Assembly (NCBI GenBank): GCA_038131485.1
Contig: JAYPPO010000001.1
Location: forward strand, 150,053-214,052
Reading direction: 5' to 3'
DNA from: Alphaproteobacteria bacterium
GTDB lineage: Bacteria; Pseudomonadota; Alphaproteobacteria; MPNO01; UBA830
DNA: 64,000 nucleotides
In this document: in pieces, positions 1 through 9,133 of the stretch
How the letters are laid out: each line of letters starts with the position of its first letter
How positions within the stretch are numbered: position 1 is the first letter of the stretch
Program-made: the position numbers and the translations under genes
The notes under the pieces: model-generated
Told to the model about the DNA's origin: nothing
What the model saw: the letters and a program-made list of their open reading frames with translations, nothing else
The model's database searches: none

Positions 1-968
1 TCGCGCTCGAAGAACATTTCGCCATCGAGGACACGCTGATGGATTCGAAGGGCTACCTTCCGGACTACACTTGGGAGGAGCTAAAGGCGCGTATTCTCGA
101 CATCGAGGGCCGCCGGATTGAAGAAATGGATCGGTGGGGGATCGAGCTGATGATCTTGTCGCTGAACGCCCCCGCCGTGCAGGCGATCTGGGACCGTACT
201 AAGGCGGACGACATTGCTCGGAAATCAAACGATATGCTGGCCGAATGGGTGCAGCGCAATCCGGGACGGTTCCGAGGCTTTGCGGCGCTGCCAATGCAGG
301 ATGTCGACATGGCGTGCGCCGAGATGGAACGCTGTGTTAAGGAGCTGGGCTTCGTCGGCGCGCTGGTCAACGGCTTCTCGCAGATCGATGAACCGGAGAC
401 CGCCGTCTATTACGACCTGCCGCAATACAGGCCGTTCTGGAAGGTGATGGCTGAACTCGACGTGCCGTTCTACCTCCACCCGCGCAACCCCCTTAAATCT
501 ATGGCGCAGATCTACGACGGCCATCCGTGGCTGCTTGGCCCGACCTGGGCGTTCGGCCAAGAGACGGCGGTTCATTCGCTGCGCCTAATGGCGTCTGGCC
601 TGTTCGACGATCACCCTAACCTGCAGATCGTACTCGGTCATATGGGCGAGGGGCTGCCCTACAGCATGTGGCGCGTCGACAATCGCAACAAGTGGACCAA
701 TGCGGAGCCCGCCTATCCCGCAAAGCAGAAGCTTGCGCATTATTTCGAGAATAATTTCTACATCACCACCTCGGGCAACTTTCGCACCCAGACGCTGATC
801 GACGCGATGTTAGAAATCGGCTCGGATCGCATTCTGTTCTCCGCAGACTGGCCATTCGAGAACATCGACCACGCAGCGGAATGGTTCGACGTCTGCACCA
901 TCGCCGAAGCCGACCGTCAGAAGATCGGCCGCGACAACTCGATGCGGCTGTTCCGAATAGATATTTGA
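1..968 (+). CDS. Amidohydrolase-2 family non-oxidative decarboxylase (ACMSD / gamma-resorcylate decarboxylase-like); 5' end lies outside the window
   Basis: The frame is open from nt 3 (ALEEHFAIEDTL precedes the first Met at 39), matching the family-typical ALEEHF N-terminal strand. Later motifs FYLHPRNP, VLGHMGE and SADWPFEN fit the metal-dependent decarboxylase fold. Confidence 0.8.
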   Translation, partial: ALEEHFAIEDTLMDSKGYLPDYTWEELKARILDIEGRRIEEMDRWGIELMILSLNAPAVQAIWDRTKADDIARKSNDMLAEWVQRNPGRFRGFAALPMQDVDMACAEMERCVKELGFVGALVNGFSQIDEPETAVYYDLPQYRPFWKVMAELDVPFYLHPRNPLKSMAQIYDGHPWLLGPTWAFGQETAVHSLRLMASGLFDDHPNLQIVLGHMGEGLPYSMWRVDNRNKWTNAEPAYPAKQKLAHYFENNFYITTSGNFRTQTLIDAMLEIGSDRILFSADWPFENIDHAAEWFDVCTIAEADRQKIGRDNSMRLFRIDI

Positions 969-981
969 GAAATTAAATCGC

Positions 982-1045
982 GGTTCCGGCCCGCTCACCC
1001 AGCGCCAGTATCCTCATGGGTGGCCGGGGGCGGGCGGGCCGGAAC
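982..1045. repeat. REP-like intergenic hairpin element, copy 1 (conserved core CACCCAGCGCCAGTATCCTCATGGGTGG)
   Basis: A 12-bp outer stem GGTTCCGGCCCG / CGGGCCGGAAC(C) encloses an inner stem CACCCA/TGGGTG. The core is 26/28 identical, in reverse complement, to the core of the element at 7156..7232. Confidence 0.7.
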
Positions 1046-1063
1046 TGTTTTGACTAAGGCCCG

Positions 1064-1870
1064 CTACCGCGCCGGTGGTGCGGGAACGACGATCGACGCG
1101 AGATAGATCAGAGCGGACGCGCAGACGATCGCGGGTCCTGAGGGCAGGTCCCACAGCAGCGACGCCTGCAGCCCGGCCGCGACGGCGACGCATCCAGCAA
1201 GGGCGGCGAAAGCCGCCATCTGTTCAGGCGTGCGCGAGAACCGGCGCGCCGCGGCGGCGGGGATGATCAGCAGCGCGGTGACTAGGAGGATGCCGACCAC
1301 CTTCATCGCCATCGCGATAACCAGCGCGAACAGCACCATGAAGGCGATCTGCGTCCGGAGGATTGGCACGCCCTCGATGTGGGCGATTTCCTCGTGCACC
1401 GTGATAGCGACGAGGTCGCGCCAGATCCAGGCGAGCGCGGCCAGCGCGACGCCGCCGCCGCCGTAGATCCAGACAAGGTCGGCAGGCATTACAGACAGGA
1501 TATCGCCGAATAGGTAGCTCGTCAGGTCGACGCGGAGCGCGGCGACGAACGACACGGACACCAGCCCGAGGGCGAGAGACGAGTGGGCGAGGATGCCGAG
1601 CAGCGTGTCCTCGGCTAGGTAGCGCTGGCGTCGCAGGAAGACGAGACCGATCGAGATAATCAGGCAGACGCCGACGATGCCCGCGTTAGCGTCGATCCCG
1701 ATCATGAAGCCCAGCGCGACGCCGAGAAGCGCTGAATGCGCCAGCGTATCCCCGAAATAGGCCATGCGCCGCCATACGACGAAAACGCCAGTGACGCCCA
1801 TAACCGCCGCGACGCCAATCCCGGCGGCTAGCGCATAGAGAAAGAAATCGGGGAGACCGAAATTAGGCAT
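1064..1870 (-). CDS. znuB: Zinc ABC transporter permease ZnuB
   Basis: 268-aa polytopic membrane protein of the ABC-3 family. It overlaps znuC by 8 nt and lies in a zur-znuC-znuB operon divergent from znuA. Confidence 0.85.
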   Translation of the reverse strand: MPNFGLPDFFLYALAAGIGVAAVMGVTGVFVVWRRMAYFGDTLAHSALLGVALGFMIGIDANAGIVGVCLIISIGLVFLRRQRYLAEDTLLGILAHSSLALGLVSVSFVAALRVDLTSYLFGDILSVMPADLVWIYGGGGVALAALAWIWRDLVAITVHEEIAHIEGVPILRTQIAFMVLFALVIAMAMKVVGILLVTALLIIPAAAARRFSRTPEQMAAFAALAGCVAVAAGLQASLLWDLPSGPAIVCASALIYLASIVVPAPPAR

Positions 1871-2597
1871 GGTGGTGGTCGTGGCTGTGCGAGTAGAGCG
1901 CGACGGCCGCCGCGGTGTCGCCGAACAGCTCGCGGTAGGCGGGGTGAAGCGAGACGTCTTCCGGCTGGCCCGAACAGCAGATATGGCCGTTGAGGCAGAA
2001 CACGCGGTCGGTCGCTGACATCACGAGGTGTAGATCGTGCGAGACCAGCAGGATGCCGCAGCCTTGCTCGTCGCGGATGCGCGCGATCATCTGGTAGAAT
2101 TCGAGCTGGCCATGGACGTCGACGTTTGCCGTCGGCTCGTCGAGGATCAGCAGGTCCGGCTTGCGCAGGAGTGCCCGTGCAAGCATCACGCGTTTGCGCT
2201 CGCCGCCAGACAGAAGGCGGATTTCGCGGCCGAGAACCTCCGCCGCGCCGACCGAGGCGAGCGTCGTTTCCAGCATGGCCGGATCCTTTTCGCCCGCCAT
2301 CGCAAGGAAACGGCGCACGTCGAGCGGCAGTGTCCGATCGACCTCCAGCGACTGCGGCGTGTAGCCGACGCGGATATCCGGCATCTGGCGCACCGTCCCC
2401 GACAGTGGCGTCTCGAGTCCCAGCAGCGTGCGGACCAGCGTCGTCTTGCCGGACCCATTGGGCCCGACAAGCGTCACCAGCTCGCCGCGGTGGATGGCGA
2501 TGTCGACGTCGTGAAGAATAGTCCGTCGGCCGTGCCGGACACAGATTTTTTCGCCGGCGACGAGGACTTCCGCGAGCGCGGCAGTGCCGTCAGCCAT
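1863..2597 (-). CDS. znuC: Zinc ABC transporter ATP-binding protein ZnuC
   Basis: Walker A GPNGSGKTT, signature LSGGERKR and Walker B LLILDEP, plus a His-rich C-terminus (HSHDHHH) typical of ZnuC. Confidence 0.9.
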   Translation of the reverse strand: MADGTAALAEVLVAGEKICVRHGRRTILHDVDIAIHRGELVTLVGPNGSGKTTLVRTLLGLETPLSGTVRQMPDIRVGYTPQSLEVDRTLPLDVRRFLAMAGEKDPAMLETTLASVGAAEVLGREIRLLSGGERKRVMLARALLRKPDLLILDEPTANVDVHGQLEFYQMIARIRDEQGCGILLVSHDLHLVMSATDRVFCLNGHICCSGQPEDVSLHPAYRELFGDTAAAVALYSHSHDHHHA

Positions 2598-3090
2598 ACG
2601 CTGCCTCCGCGCAATGGCGGCACAGTCCCTCGATCTCGATTGTTTGGCGCGAAACGTCGAAGCCGACGCTCCTAGCCTTCCGCGCGATCAGCCGCGCAAT
2701 GTCGGGATCGTCGAGCTCTCCCACCTGGCGGCACTTGCCGCAGATCAGGAACTGCGCCGCATGGTCACCGTCTGGGCGGCCGCAGCCCACGAATGCGTTC
2801 AGGGACTCGATCTTGTGGACGAAGCCGTTCTCCAGCAAGAAATCCAGTGCGCGGTATACGGTGGGCGGGGCAGCGCTGCCGCGGTCGTCGCGCAGCTCTT
2901 CCAGAATGTCGTAGGCGCCGGTTGGCGCGTGACGGTTCCAGACGATCTCCAGCACGCGGCGGCGGATTTCCGTGAAACGTAGACCCCGCTCTCGGCATTC
3001 GCGCTCAGCTGCGTCAATTGCATCAGCGATACAGCTGTTGTGGTCATGGTCGCGTGTCGGAAACGTCTCGTCCATTGGCGAAGATGCCAT
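2590..3090 (-). CDS. zur: Fur-family zinc uptake regulator Zur
   Basis: 166 aa with a Fur-family winged helix (PPTVYRALDFLLENGFVHK) and CxxC pairs (CGKC, CRHC). It overlaps znuC by 8 nt. Confidence 0.85.
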   Translation of the reverse strand: MASSPMDETFPTRDHDHNSCIADAIDAAERECRERGLRFTEIRRRVLEIVWNRHAPTGAYDILEELRDDRGSAAPPTVYRALDFLLENGFVHKIESLNAFVGCGRPDGDHAAQFLICGKCRQVGELDDPDIARLIARKARSVGFDVSRQTIEIEGLCRHCAEAAYG

Positions 3091-3134
3091 TCGATATCCC
3101 CCGGGATTGACTAATGAAGCCTCTCACCTAACAT

Positions 3135-3153
3135 TGAAACAATATAACATTTC
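3135..3153. promoter_or_regulatory. Candidate Zur operator in the zur/znuA divergent region
   Basis: The only AT-rich imperfect palindrome (TGAAACAATATAACATTTC, contains ATAACAT) in the 76-bp gap between zur and znuA. Only about 12/18 positions are symmetric, so the call is weak. Confidence 0.3.
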
Positions 3154-3166
3154 GAATGAGGCGTCC

Positions 3167-4126
3167 ATGTTTTCACGTACATTCCTTTGCTCGGCCGCGG
3201 CTGCGGCCGCGCTGTCGCTCGCCGCTATCGGCCCGGCACGGGCGGAAGTCCCGACGGTCGTGGTTACGATTGCGCCACTCCATTCGCTCGCAGCGATGGC
3301 TATGGGCAGCGTCGGAAGTCCTCGGCTCCTGTTGCCAGGCAGCTCGTCGCCGCATGGTTACACGCTCCGCCCGTCTCAGCGGCGGGCGCTTGCAGAGGCA
3401 TCGTTGATCGTGCGCGTCGGCCCCGCACTGGAAGCGTTTCTCGACCGTCCGCTCGCGGCGCAGCGCAAGCGAGGCCGCGTGCTTGATGCGATCGAAATTC
3501 CGGGGATGCGCCGCTACTCGCTGCGAAAGGGTGGCGTTTGGGAGACTGCAAACCACGATCATGACCACGAAAAAGGCCATGACGCATCGCGCGATGCGGA
3601 CGGGGTCGATCCTCACTTTTGGCTTGATCCACGAAATGCGGAGATCGTCGTCGCTGCGATCGCCCGCCGCTTGGTGGAGATCAATCCAGTGAATGCCGCC
3701 ACGTACGTCCGTAATGCGACATCGGCTACTTCGACGCTCGACGCGCTGGAGAGAGAGCTGCGCAACGCGCTGACGCCTGTTCGCGATGCGCCCTTTATCG
3801 TCCTTCACGACGCTTGGCAGTATTTCGAACGCGCGTTCGGCCTGCGCGGTGCCGGGGCCATCACCCTCAGCCCCGAGAGGCGACCTGGCGCGCGTCGGAT
3901 CGCCGCGCTGCGCAAGCACCTAACGGCCACCGGTGTTCGTTGCGTCTTCTCCGAGCCACAGTTTCCAGCTGCCATCGTGGAGACGGTCGTCGGGGGAACT
4001 GGTATACGCACCGCGCCGCTCGACCCGCTAGGCGCGACGCTCTCTCCCGGAAAAGCGCTCTATCCGGCATTGATGCGCGCCATGGCCGGAACGATCGCCA
4101 ATTGCCTGCGGCCCGCAGGCGGCTAA
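3167..4126 (+). CDS. znuA: Zinc ABC transporter periplasmic binding protein ZnuA
   Basis: Start chosen at ATG 3167 (MFSRTFLCSAAAAAALSLAAIGPARA signal peptide). The track's start at 2972 would run antisense through zur. A His/Asp-rich loop (NHDHDHEKGHDASRD) is typical of ZnuA. Confidence 0.85.
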   Translation: MFSRTFLCSAAAAAALSLAAIGPARAEVPTVVVTIAPLHSLAAMAMGSVGSPRLLLPGSSSPHGYTLRPSQRRALAEASLIVRVGPALEAFLDRPLAAQRKRGRVLDAIEIPGMRRYSLRKGGVWETANHDHDHEKGHDASRDADGVDPHFWLDPRNAEIVVAAIARRLVEINPVNAATYVRNATSATSTLDALERELRNALTPVRDAPFIVLHDAWQYFERAFGLRGAGAITLSPERRPGARRIAALRKHLTATGVRCVFSEPQFPAAIVETVVGGTGIRTAPLDPLGATLSPGKALYPALMRAMAGTIANCLRPAGG

Positions 4127-4152
4127 GCTGTCTCCAGACAAAAAGGGAGAAA

Positions 4153-4758
4153 ATGATGACGACTAGAATTCCCCCCGACATCGATTTGGAATCCGGATCG
4201 AGATTGCCGCTGCCCGACCGTGAAAGTCTCGACGAAGCGGGGAAGCTGACCTACGACAATCTGGCGAGCCCGACCGGCGATACCCTGGCCGGCTTGCGTG
4301 GTCCGGGCGGAATCAGGCTGCACAGCCCCGACCTATCGCGCGGACTGCGCGAGGCGAACCAGTATCTGCGTGACCCGTCGATTATCCCCGCACGGATGCG
4401 CGAGCTCGCAATCCTGGTGACGGCGCGTGAGCACGACTGCCAGTTCGAATGGGCGGCGCACGAGGCTGAGGCCAAGAAGGAAGGCGTGTCGGAGGAGATC
4501 GTCGAGATCGTTCGCCACCGTCTGCCTGCCGACAGCCTCGACGAGGCAGATGCGGCCATCATCGCGTTCGGCAGAGAGCTGTTTGGCAATCACGCCGTCA
4601 GTTCCGCGACCTACGCCCGCGTCGCAGCCCTGTTCGACCGGCGGTCGCTGGTCAATCTCGTGAACCTGATGGGGATGTACGCAATGACGGCGGCAGTGCT
4701 GATTTCTTTCGATACGCAACTGCCGGACGGGGTCGAGCCGGGGCTTCCCCCCTTATAA
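4153..4758 (+). CDS. Carboxymuconolactone decarboxylase (CMD/AhpD-fold) family protein
   Basis: Start at ATG 4153 behind the RBS AAAAGGGAGAAA. The track extension to 3814 overlaps znuA in another frame. The motif TAREHDCQFEWAAHE is typical of the CMD family. Confidence 0.75.
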   Translation: MMTTRIPPDIDLESGSRLPLPDRESLDEAGKLTYDNLASPTGDTLAGLRGPGGIRLHSPDLSRGLREANQYLRDPSIIPARMRELAILVTAREHDCQFEWAAHEAEAKKEGVSEEIVEIVRHRLPADSLDEADAAIIAFGRELFGNHAVSSATYARVAALFDRRSLVNLVNLMGMYAMTAAVLISFDTQLPDGVEPGLPPL

Positions 4759-4760
4759 TA

Positions 4761-5306
4761 CTATACCCCTGCGGTTTCGTCGGGCTCTAGATCGACCTCG
4801 AGCGCCTGCAGGACGCGGGAATGCGAGATGTAGGCGCCGACCATCAGTGTAATCTCGACCACATGCCGGTCGCTGAAATGCTCCCTAAGCGGCTCGAAAA
4901 CCGTGTCCGGCACCATGATGTCGCGCGCCATAGCGTCGACATAGCCGAGAACCGCCTTTTCGGAAGAATCGAAAAGTCCCGAATTCCGCCAATCCGCCAG
5001 CGCATCGCACTCTTCTTGCGTCATGCCTTCGGCGGCGGCGAGTTTCGGGACGTGCTGGCGCAGCACGTAGGCCGATTTGACGAGATGGCCGAGCCGGATG
5101 ATGACGATTTCTCGCAGTCGGCCCGAAATCTCGGTGCCCCAGCGCACCCTGTTGATGTGCTCGAACCAGCTTTCGGCTAGCGGCGGGCTGTGCAGGAGCG
5201 TGCGATAGACGTTGATCAGGTTGCCGCGACGTTGCCCGCGGATCCGCTCGACGAGTTCTGCGTGGTCGGGAAGGTCTTCGGCGTCGAGGAACGGGACGCG
5301 GGCCAT
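4761..5306 (-). CDS. Carboxymuconolactone decarboxylase (CMD/AhpD-fold) family protein
   Basis: 181 aa resembling the CMD-family helical repeat (REIVIIRLGHLVKSAYVLRQH). Convergent with the previous gene, 2 nt apart. Confidence 0.7.
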   Translation of the reverse strand: MARVPFLDAEDLPDHAELVERIRGQRRGNLINVYRTLLHSPPLAESWFEHINRVRWGTEISGRLREIVIIRLGHLVKSAYVLRQHVPKLAAAEGMTQEECDALADWRNSGLFDSSEKAVLGYVDAMARDIMVPDTVFEPLREHFSDRHVVEITLMVGAYISHSRVLQALEVDLEPDETAGV

Positions 5307-5372
5307 GGTAATCGTGCTCCGTAGCTGCTAAATGCGAGAGCAAGATCATAACCGTTTCAGGGAGGGCGGCCC

Positions 5373-6446
5373 ATGGCCGTGATAGCTGTGCAGGACGACA
5401 AGATCCTGCGCTTTCTCGAGGTCATTCTGGACCCGCGAGTCTCGGCAGAGCGCGTCGAGGCCTTTCGCGATTACCTGTCGTTCGACTTGCCCGATGCCGA
5501 CGGCTGGTTCCAGGAACAGCGGCGCATCGCTGCGGCGATCTGCCCGTCGACGATACATCTATGCGAGGATGAGGCGGCGATGCGAGCCGCTCTTCCCGAG
5601 GCCGACGCCGTGGTCAGCGAAAGCTTTCATATCGGCGCCGACGATCTCGCGGCCGCGCCCAGGCTGAAATTCGTCCAGAAGTTCGGCATCGATGCGCGCA
5701 ACATCGATATCGCCGCAGTCGAGAAGGCGGGCCTCACCTTCCGCCGGCTGCGCCGCCGGGTGAACGGCACAGTCGCCGAGCATGCGATCCTGCTGATGAT
5801 GGCGGTCGGGCGGAAGCTGGTCGAGACCGACGGCGCGCTCGACTTCGCCTCGCTCCAGGCACTCGGGTACCATCCGAAAAAATTCCATCCCGACCATGTC
5901 GCCGGAGCTAACTGGGCGCGGGTTAACGGGCTGATCGCGCTCCAAGACGCGACGCTGGGCGCGCTTGGGCTCGGCGAGGTCGGCCGCGAAGTCGCCCAGC
6001 GCGCGAAGGCGATGGGCATGCGAATTGTCTATTACCAGCGTTCGCGCCTGCCAGAGGAAATCGAGCGCGAATTCGATGCAGAATACGTCTGCTATGAGGC
6101 ACTACTGGAACAGTCCGATTTCATCAGTGTGCATCTGCCGCTAAACGGCAGTACCCGTGGCATGATCGACCGCGAGGCGTTCGGCAGGATGAAGGAGGGC
6201 GCGATTATCGCGAACATTTCGCGCGCGCACATCATCGACCGCGACGCGCTGATAGGGGCGCTCGACTCGGGTCGTCTCGGCGGCGCAGGACTCGACGTGC
6301 ACTACGAGGAGCCAGGCGATCTGGACGAGCCGCTGAAGAACTACAGGAACGTCGTCCTGAGCCCCCATATCGCGGTCGCCGAACGGCGCCACAATATGGC
6401 CGACACGGCCGAACTCGTGCGCAATCTGGCCGAGATTCTGGGGTAG
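5373..6446 (+). CDS. D-isomer-specific 2-hydroxyacid dehydrogenase family protein (NAD-binding)
   Basis: Rossmann motif GALGLGEVGREVA plus the catalytic region ISRAHIIDRDAL...GAGLDV...SPHIA. Confidence 0.85.
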   Translation: MAVIAVQDDKILRFLEVILDPRVSAERVEAFRDYLSFDLPDADGWFQEQRRIAAAICPSTIHLCEDEAAMRAALPEADAVVSESFHIGADDLAAAPRLKFVQKFGIDARNIDIAAVEKAGLTFRRLRRRVNGTVAEHAILLMMAVGRKLVETDGALDFASLQALGYHPKKFHPDHVAGANWARVNGLIALQDATLGALGLGEVGREVAQRAKAMGMRIVYYQRSRLPEEIEREFDAEYVCYEALLEQSDFISVHLPLNGSTRGMIDREAFGRMKEGAIIANISRAHIIDRDALIGALDSGRLGGAGLDVHYEEPGDLDEPLKNYRNVVLSPHIAVAERRHNMADTAELVRNLAEILG

Positions 6447-6586
6447 AGCCCCTTGGGTAGTGACGTGTAGATCTAAGAGTATGACTTTTGTTGAATTGTT
6501 CATAAGTCGCTGAAAAATAACGTGTAAAAAAGTATTACCAGCGCCGCTACCGGGAAAATACGGGAAAAATCGCCGGACGCAGGCCG

Positions 6587-6598
6587 GGTAGTACTACC
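6587..6598. promoter_or_regulatory. Perfect 12-bp palindrome GGTAGTACTACC (candidate operator) upstream of the flavin reductase/LLM operon
   Basis: Self-complementary 12-mer 42 bp upstream of ATG 6640. It follows a tandem CGGGAAAATA/CGGGAAAAAT repeat (6551..6570) in an unusually AT-rich 190-bp intergenic region. Confidence 0.4.
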
Positions 6599-6639
6599 GG
6601 AAATCGACGGATCGCATCGCAGACCAAAGGAGAGAAAAA

Positions 6640-7140
6640 ATGGATGCAGACCAGAAGAAAACAGCCCTGCGGATGATCCCCTACGGGATCTATGTCCTGA
6701 CCGCCGAGGACGGCGGCGACATCGCCGCCGCGACGGTCAACTGGGTCACCCAGACCTCGTTCGACCCGCCGCTCGTCGTGATCGGCGTGAAGGCGGATTC
6801 GGGGGCCTACCAGATCGCCAAGAAGGCGGGCCATTTCGCGCTGAACGTTCTCGGCAAGGGCCAGCAGGGCGCCGCGTTCGCATTCTTCAAGCCGGCCGAG
6901 GTCGCGGACGGAAAGATATCCGGCGAAGCCTACCGCACCGGCACTACCGGCGCGCCGCTGCTCGACAGCGCGCCTGCGGCGGTCGAGTGCAAGGTCGCCG
7001 AGATCGTCGAGCGCGGCGATCACCACATCGTCATCGGCGAAGTGGTCGACGCGCACGTCAACAAGGCGCCCGACGGCCGCGCCGACGATGCGACGCTATG
7101 GATGCGCGAACTGGGCGACAACGTCTTCTACGGCGGGTAG
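6640..7140 (+). CDS. Flavin reductase (HpaC/NADH:FMN oxidoreductase-like)
   Basis: 166 aa with the flavin reductase domain pattern (IPYGIYVLTA...AATVNWVTQTSFDPPLVVIGV). RBS AAAGGAGAG precedes the start. Confidence 0.85.
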   Translation: MDADQKKTALRMIPYGIYVLTAEDGGDIAAATVNWVTQTSFDPPLVVIGVKADSGAYQIAKKAGHFALNVLGKGQQGAAFAFFKPAEVADGKISGEAYRTGTTGAPLLDSAPAAVECKVAEIVERGDHHIVIGEVVDAHVNKAPDGRADDATLWMRELGDNVFYGG

Positions 7141-7155
7141 GCTCTTAATATATGC

Positions 7156-7232
7156 GCGCCTGCCCGCTCCCCCTCCCGGCCGCCCATGAGGATACTGGCG
7201 TTGGGTGGCCGGGAGGGGGAGCGGGCAGGCGC
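7156..7232. repeat. REP-like intergenic hairpin element, copy 2 (26-bp perfect inverted repeat around the conserved core)
   Basis: GCGCCTGCCCGCTCCCCCTCCCGGCC (7156..7181) is the exact reverse complement of 7207..7232. The 25-nt spacer carries the core CCCATGAGGATACTGGCG shared with 982..1045. It lies inside an operon, between the flavin reductase and LLM genes. Confidence 0.8.
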
Positions 7233-7258
7233 CGCCAAAAATTACGGGAGAGGGTAAA

Positions 7259-8299
7259 GTGAAGTTCGGGATTTTCGATCACGTCGACAAGTCGGGCCGG
7301 CCGCTCGCCGAGCAGTTCGCGCAGCGCGTGGAATACGTCCAGGCGGCCGACCGACTCGGGTTCTACTGCTATCACGTCGCGGAACATCACGCGACGCCGC
7401 TCAACATGGTTCCGGTGCCCGGCGTGTTCCTGGGCGCGGTCGCGCAGGCGACGAAGAACATCCGGCTGGGCCCGCTCACCTACCTGCTGCCGCTCTATTC
7501 GCCGCTGCGGCTGATCGAGGAGATCGGCATGTTCGACCACATGTCGAACGGGCGCATGGAGATCGGCGTCGGGCGCGGCGTGTCGCCGTTCGAGCTCAAC
7601 TATCACGGCGTCGATCCGGAAATCGGCCGCGAGATCTATGCCGAGGCGCTGGAGGTGCTGATCGAGGGCATGACCCACGACCAGCTCACCTATTCCGGCA
7701 AGCATTTCACCTACAAGGACGTCCCGATGGAGCTGCGGCCGCTGCAGCAGCCCTATCCGCCGCTGTGGTACCCGTCCTCCAACGCGTCCAGTGCAACCGT
7801 CGCCGGCGAACAGGGCTTCCATTTCTGCACCTTGGGCGGCGGCGATGCGGCGAAGGCCAATATCGACGCTTTCAAGGAAGGTTACGCCAAGCGGGGTGCG
7901 CCGCCGCAGGGCGCCGAAAGCCCGTTCCCCGGCGGGGCCGCGATCGGCATCAGCCGTCAGGTGACGCTGGCCGAAACCGACGAAGAGGCGCTGAAGATCG
8001 CCGGCCCGGCCTACAAGACCTGGCATGCGAGCCTGACCAAGCTGTGGCGCGAAAATCAGGTCGAGGGCCCGTCTTTCGCACGGAACGCCGTCGATACGGT
8101 CGAAAAAGCCATGGCCGGCGGCAACCATCTCGCGGGCTCGCCTTCCACCGTTGCCGAGCAGCTCACCGAACAGATCGAGTTTTTCGGCGTCAATTACATG
8201 GTGATCGCCTTCAATATCGGCAGCATGGCGCACGAGGACGCGATGCGCTCGATCACGCTGTTCGGCGAGGAAGTAATGCCCAAGCTGGCGGAGCTGTAA
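7259..8299 (+). CDS. Luciferase-like (LLM class) flavin-dependent monooxygenase
   Basis: Start moved to GTG 7259 (VKFGIFDHVD, the canonical LLM N-terminus, behind GGGAGAGGG). The track start at 7205 lies inside the REP hairpin. Confidence 0.8.
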   Translation: MKFGIFDHVDKSGRPLAEQFAQRVEYVQAADRLGFYCYHVAEHHATPLNMVPVPGVFLGAVAQATKNIRLGPLTYLLPLYSPLRLIEEIGMFDHMSNGRMEIGVGRGVSPFELNYHGVDPEIGREIYAEALEVLIEGMTHDQLTYSGKHFTYKDVPMELRPLQQPYPPLWYPSSNASSATVAGEQGFHFCTLGGGDAAKANIDAFKEGYAKRGAPPQGAESPFPGGAAIGISRQVTLAETDEEALKIAGPAYKTWHASLTKLWRENQVEGPSFARNAVDTVEKAMAGGNHLAGSPSTVAEQLTEQIEFFGVNYMVIAFNIGSMAHEDAMRSITLFGEEVMPKLAEL

Positions 8300-8313
8300 T
8301 CGGGAGACAGCCG

Positions 8314-9129
8314 ATGACCGTAAAGGCCGCGGCACCGCCCCGCTGGCAGAATCACGACGAGCCGCCGCTCTCGCGCGACACGTTCGAGGCGCTGTGCCGG
8401 TTCGAGATACCGTGCGCGCGCATCCGGGGCTTCGCAACTGATGCCGAATGCGACGACCTGGTCGCCGCGATGGATGCGGTCGGCCTGCACAAGACCTACA
8501 AGGTGCCAGGGCTGAAGGAGCCGCCGCGCTATGTCGGGCTGACGCAGTTCGAAAAGCGCAAGCAGACCAAGGAAGACTATTTCCGCGAGGTGGACGAGGC
8601 CTGGGCCGAACAGGAAGCAGTGCTGTCGCACATGGGCTGGAACCCGTTCGAACGCATGTTCGACACCGTCCGCGCGCTCTATCCCGAAAAGACGCTGACC
8701 CTGGCCGACGAGCCGGGATACGGTCGCTATTACGCCGGCATCATCCGCGACACCAGCGGCGGCGGCACGCTGCATGCCGACGTCACCATGTACAGCGCCT
8801 GGGACTATGAGATCGGCAAGGTCGTCGACCAGATCACCTGGAACTTCTTCGCGAGCCACGTCGAGGGCGCCGGCGGCCGCACGACGATCCACAACCGGCC
8901 CTATCGCGTCGCGCCGGCCTCCGACGGGCGGATCGAGATCGAGGGCTTCGACCGGTCCTACGTCGCCGCCGCAGAAACGCATCTCTACGCCCCCGCCAAG
9001 GGCGACGTCGTGGTGTTCAACTCGCACAATCCCCACGAATGGACGGCCGTCGACGGCGCTCAGCGGCGCATGGGCGTCAGCACCTATATCGGGCGGCTTG
9101 CCGACGGCAATTTCATCTACTGGTCGTGA
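8314..9129 (+). CDS. Hypothetical protein, possible 2OG-Fe(II)/cupin-type oxygenase
   Basis: ATG 8314 lies 14 nt after the LLM stop. A candidate facial triad is present (TLHAD ... NSHNPHEW). The family assignment is tentative. Confidence 0.5.
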   Translation: MTVKAAAPPRWQNHDEPPLSRDTFEALCRFEIPCARIRGFATDAECDDLVAAMDAVGLHKTYKVPGLKEPPRYVGLTQFEKRKQTKEDYFREVDEAWAEQEAVLSHMGWNPFERMFDTVRALYPEKTLTLADEPGYGRYYAGIIRDTSGGGTLHADVTMYSAWDYEIGKVVDQITWNFFASHVEGAGGRTTIHNRPYRVAPASDGRIEIEGFDRSYVAAAETHLYAPAKGDVVVFNSHNPHEWTAVDGAQRRMGVSTYIGRLADGNFIYWS

Positions 9130-9133
9130 TCAG

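Noticed and set aside
2972-3166. Upstream extension of znuA, and likewise 3814..4152 for the CMD gene
   Set aside because: The extensions overlap zur (antisense) or znuA (other frame). The internal ATGs are followed by a signal peptide or preceded by a good RBS respectively.
7145-8437. 430-aa minus-strand ORF
   Set aside because: Antisense to the LLM monooxygenase. It begins inside the REP hairpin and its sequence is Arg-rich junk.
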